NCBI GenBank assembly: GCA_037137755.1
Contig: JBAXJR010000044.1
Location: forward strand, 1-18,075
Reading direction: 5' to 3'
Length of the DNA: 18,075 bases
Source of the DNA: Methanomicrobiales archaeon
GTDB lineage: Archaea > Halobacteriota > Methanomicrobia > Methanomicrobiales > Methanospirillaceae
Part shown: in pieces, positions 16,310 to 18,075 of the stretch
Numbering within the stretch: the stretch's first letter is position 1
Layout of the letters: the number at the start of each line of letters is the position of its first letter
Made by a program: the position numbers and the translations under genes
The notes under the pieces: model-generated
Databases searched by the model: none
Told to the model about the DNA's origin: nothing
The model's input: the letters and a program-made list of their open reading frames with translations, nothing else

Positions 16310-17338
16310 ATGTCTGAAATTGCGGTCATCACGATACTACTCGCGCTGATATTTACCTTTACTAACGGATTCCAGGACGCAAGTTCCCTTGCAGCAACCC
16401 TTATTGCGTCCCGTTCCGCAACCCCTAAACAAGGGGTTACCTTAATTGCCGCCATGTCATTCCTTGGGGCAGTCCTTGGTGGAAGTGCCGTGGTATTTAC
16501 CCTTACAGGGCTGATTACGACCGGGTCAGGTACCGGGACCGTATTGATATTATTTGTCGCAATAACTGTCGCGATCGGGTGGAACCTCATCACATGGTGG
16601 TTCGGCCTTCCTTCTTCGTCTACCCATGCGCTAATAGGGGGCCTGATCGGTGCAGGAATTGCATCGGCAGGAATAGGTGGGGTGTTTTGGGGCATCGGTG
16701 GCCTGGCCGGGCCGTCGCACCAGCTTGAAGGTGTTATGAAAATCCTCGTATTTTTCATTCTCTCTATTATTATCGGGTTTGCAGGCAGTTTTGTATTACA
16801 CATGCTCACCATGCTCCTTCTCCGGAATGCGAAACGGAAGATAAATAATGGAATTATGCGGCTTAACTGGATGGCCGCAGCAGCAATGGCTTTTTTCAAC
16901 GGAGCTAATGATACGCAGAAACAACTTGGGATCATCGCCCTGGTGTTATTTGCCTCCGGTCTGTCTTCTACCACTGATGTGCCGGCCTGGGCCCGCATTG
17001 CCTGTGCAGTACTGCTGAGTGCAGGGATAATCGGAGGAGGATGGAGGGTCATGCATACCCTCGGCAACCGCCTGTTCAGGATTGAACCCATCCATTCATT
17101 TGATTCCCAGTTTTCATCAGGTGCAGCCATAGCGATTTCCACGATTGCCGGGGCCCCGGTCTCTTCGACCCAGGTCATCATATCATCGGTACTCGGGGTA
17201 GGGGCTGCAGAAAATGCACGAAGAGTTAAATGGTCTGTAGGAAAGGATATCCTCATTGCAATGCTGGTGACAATTCCCCTGACAACCCTCGCTGCCGCCC
17301 TGATATATACGATTATCGCCCCGTTTACGGGAGGTTGA
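16310..17338 (+). CDS. pit: PiT family (PHO4) inorganic phosphate/anion transporter
   Basis: Duplicated PiT signatures 'NGFQDASSLAAT' and 'NGANDTQKQLG', 'GLPSSSTHALIGG', 'GAPVSSTQVI'. Highly hydrophobic. Confidence 0.93.
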   Translation: MSEIAVITILLALIFTFTNGFQDASSLAATLIASRSATPKQGVTLIAAMSFLGAVLGGSAVVFTLTGLITTGSGTGTVLILFVAITVAIGWNLITWWFGLPSSSTHALIGGLIGAGIASAGIGGVFWGIGGLAGPSHQLEGVMKILVFFILSIIIGFAGSFVLHMLTMLLLRNAKRKINNGIMRLNWMAAAAMAFFNGANDTQKQLGIIALVLFASGLSSTTDVPAWARIACAVLLSAGIIGGGWRVMHTLGNRLFRIEPIHSFDSQFSSGAAIAISTIAGAPVSSTQVIISSVLGVGAAENARRVKWSVGKDILIAMLVTIPLTTLAAALIYTIIAPFTGG

Positions 17339-17344
17339 AAGATT

Positions 17345-17998
17345 ATGAGCGAAAACCCGCCGGAGCCTGAAAAAAAGATGAAGCAAAGCATTTTCAACTC
17401 AATTTTCCCGAGAGAATATGACTTTGAAGAAATGCTCGCAGAACAGGCAGAAAAAACCCTTACAGGAGTAGAATCTCTTCTGATCTGGCTCAATACCGAG
17501 CCTCTGGCTGACCCTTCTCACCTGGTCCAGATAGAAGAAGAAGTAGATGCGATGCGTCACCGTATGGAAGACAAGCTGATCAATTCATTTTCAACACCGT
17601 TTGACCGGCAGGATATCTACGACCTCTCCCGTCAGATGGACTACCTCCTCAACTTTGCAAAAGAGACGGCTATCGAAATGTATACCTTCGGCGTCGGGCC
17701 TGACAGAACAATACTTGCCATGGCAGAAGCCCTGCACCGGGGCACCTCCTTCACCGTGAAGGGGGTGAAGATTATTAACACCAGAAAAGACCAGATTGAA
17801 GACCTCATTAGGAAAGCAGGTGATGCAGACCACGAAATTGAGACCCTGTATGTTTTTGGGATGGCAGAATTATTCAGGACTGATGACCCGATGAACGCCC
17901 TGAGAAAAAGGGAGATCTATCACCATTTGCGTGACGCAGGCCGTGCATTACGAAAAACACTCGACATCCTCCACCATGCGGTGGTCGGTCTCGTGTAA
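17345..17998 (+). CDS. DUF47 family PhoU-like phosphate transport regulator
   Basis: 'EEEVDAMR', 'FSTPFDRQDIYDLSRQMD', 'REIYHHL'. Coupled to PiT via a GGAGGT RBS in the PiT 3' end. Confidence 0.92.
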   Translation: MSENPPEPEKKMKQSIFNSIFPREYDFEEMLAEQAEKTLTGVESLLIWLNTEPLADPSHLVQIEEEVDAMRHRMEDKLINSFSTPFDRQDIYDLSRQMDYLLNFAKETAIEMYTFGVGPDRTILAMAEALHRGTSFTVKGVKIINTRKDQIEDLIRKAGDADHEIETLYVFGMAELFRTDDPMNALRKREIYHHLRDAGRALRKTLDILHHAVVGLV

Positions 17999-18023
17999 AC
18001 AGAAGCATTAAGAAAAATCAGCA

Positions 18024-18075
18024 TGCGAGGGATGGGATTTGAACCCAAGGACTCCTAAGAGACCAGGCCCTCAAC
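18024..18075 (-). tRNA. tRNA-Leu(GAG), 3' part (5' half outside the window)
   Basis: Minus strand GTT-GAG-GG-CCTGG-TCTCTTAGGAGT-CC-TTGGGTTCAAATCCCA-TCCCTCGCA: anticodon at 18072-18070, long variable arm, T-loop GTTCAAATC, discriminator A, CCA not encoded. Confidence 0.95.

Noticed and set aside
16135-17493. 452-aa antisense ORF over PiT/DUF47
   Set aside because: Shadow frame of a hydrophobic gene with no recognisable motifs; the plus strand has clear PiT signatures.
1278-17833. Remaining short ORFs in the track that overlap called genes
   Set aside because: Antisense or alternate-frame shadows without RBS, motifs or independent support.
1-18075. Defence system, provirus or autonomous IS
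   Set aside because: No nuclease, methylase, toxin-antitoxin, integrase, transposase or viral structural motifs were recognised.

Overview
Archaeal chromosomal window, most consistent with a Methanomicrobiales methanogen (inferred from TATA/BRE promoters, GGAGG/GGTGA RBSs, PEGA and COG1361 surface proteins, and PAS kinases with the 'TRHDI...GFGKNTGLGL' signature). Left to right it holds an extremely AT-rich tract, a stand-alone HEAT-repeat protein and a secreted chagasin (I42) protease inhibitor. Next come a structured 256-bp MITE-like intergenic element, a six-PEGA-domain anchored surface protein, and a minus-strand operon (COG1361 protein, 60-aa coupled ORF, ABC ATPase, ABC-2 permease). These are followed by rubrerythrin, a DUF5698/DUF2179 membrane protein, a GT-B glycosyltransferase and two convergent small membrane proteins. 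The right part has a disrupted Cache-PAS histidine-kinase-like gene (in-frame TAA, a 157-bp insertion-like segment, no H-box His), an intact PAS-PAS kinase with an in-frame G11 tract, a PiT + DUF47 pair, and the 3' part of tRNA-Leu(GAG) at the edge. I found no CRISPR, integrase, transposase or defence system, and no complete novel system can be claimed. The best leads are the broken His-less kinase next to a slippage-prone kinase, two putative miniature elements sharing an exact 12-mer, a probable deletion scar in the export operon, and a 57-aa membrane peptide with a C-terminal CxxxxC.
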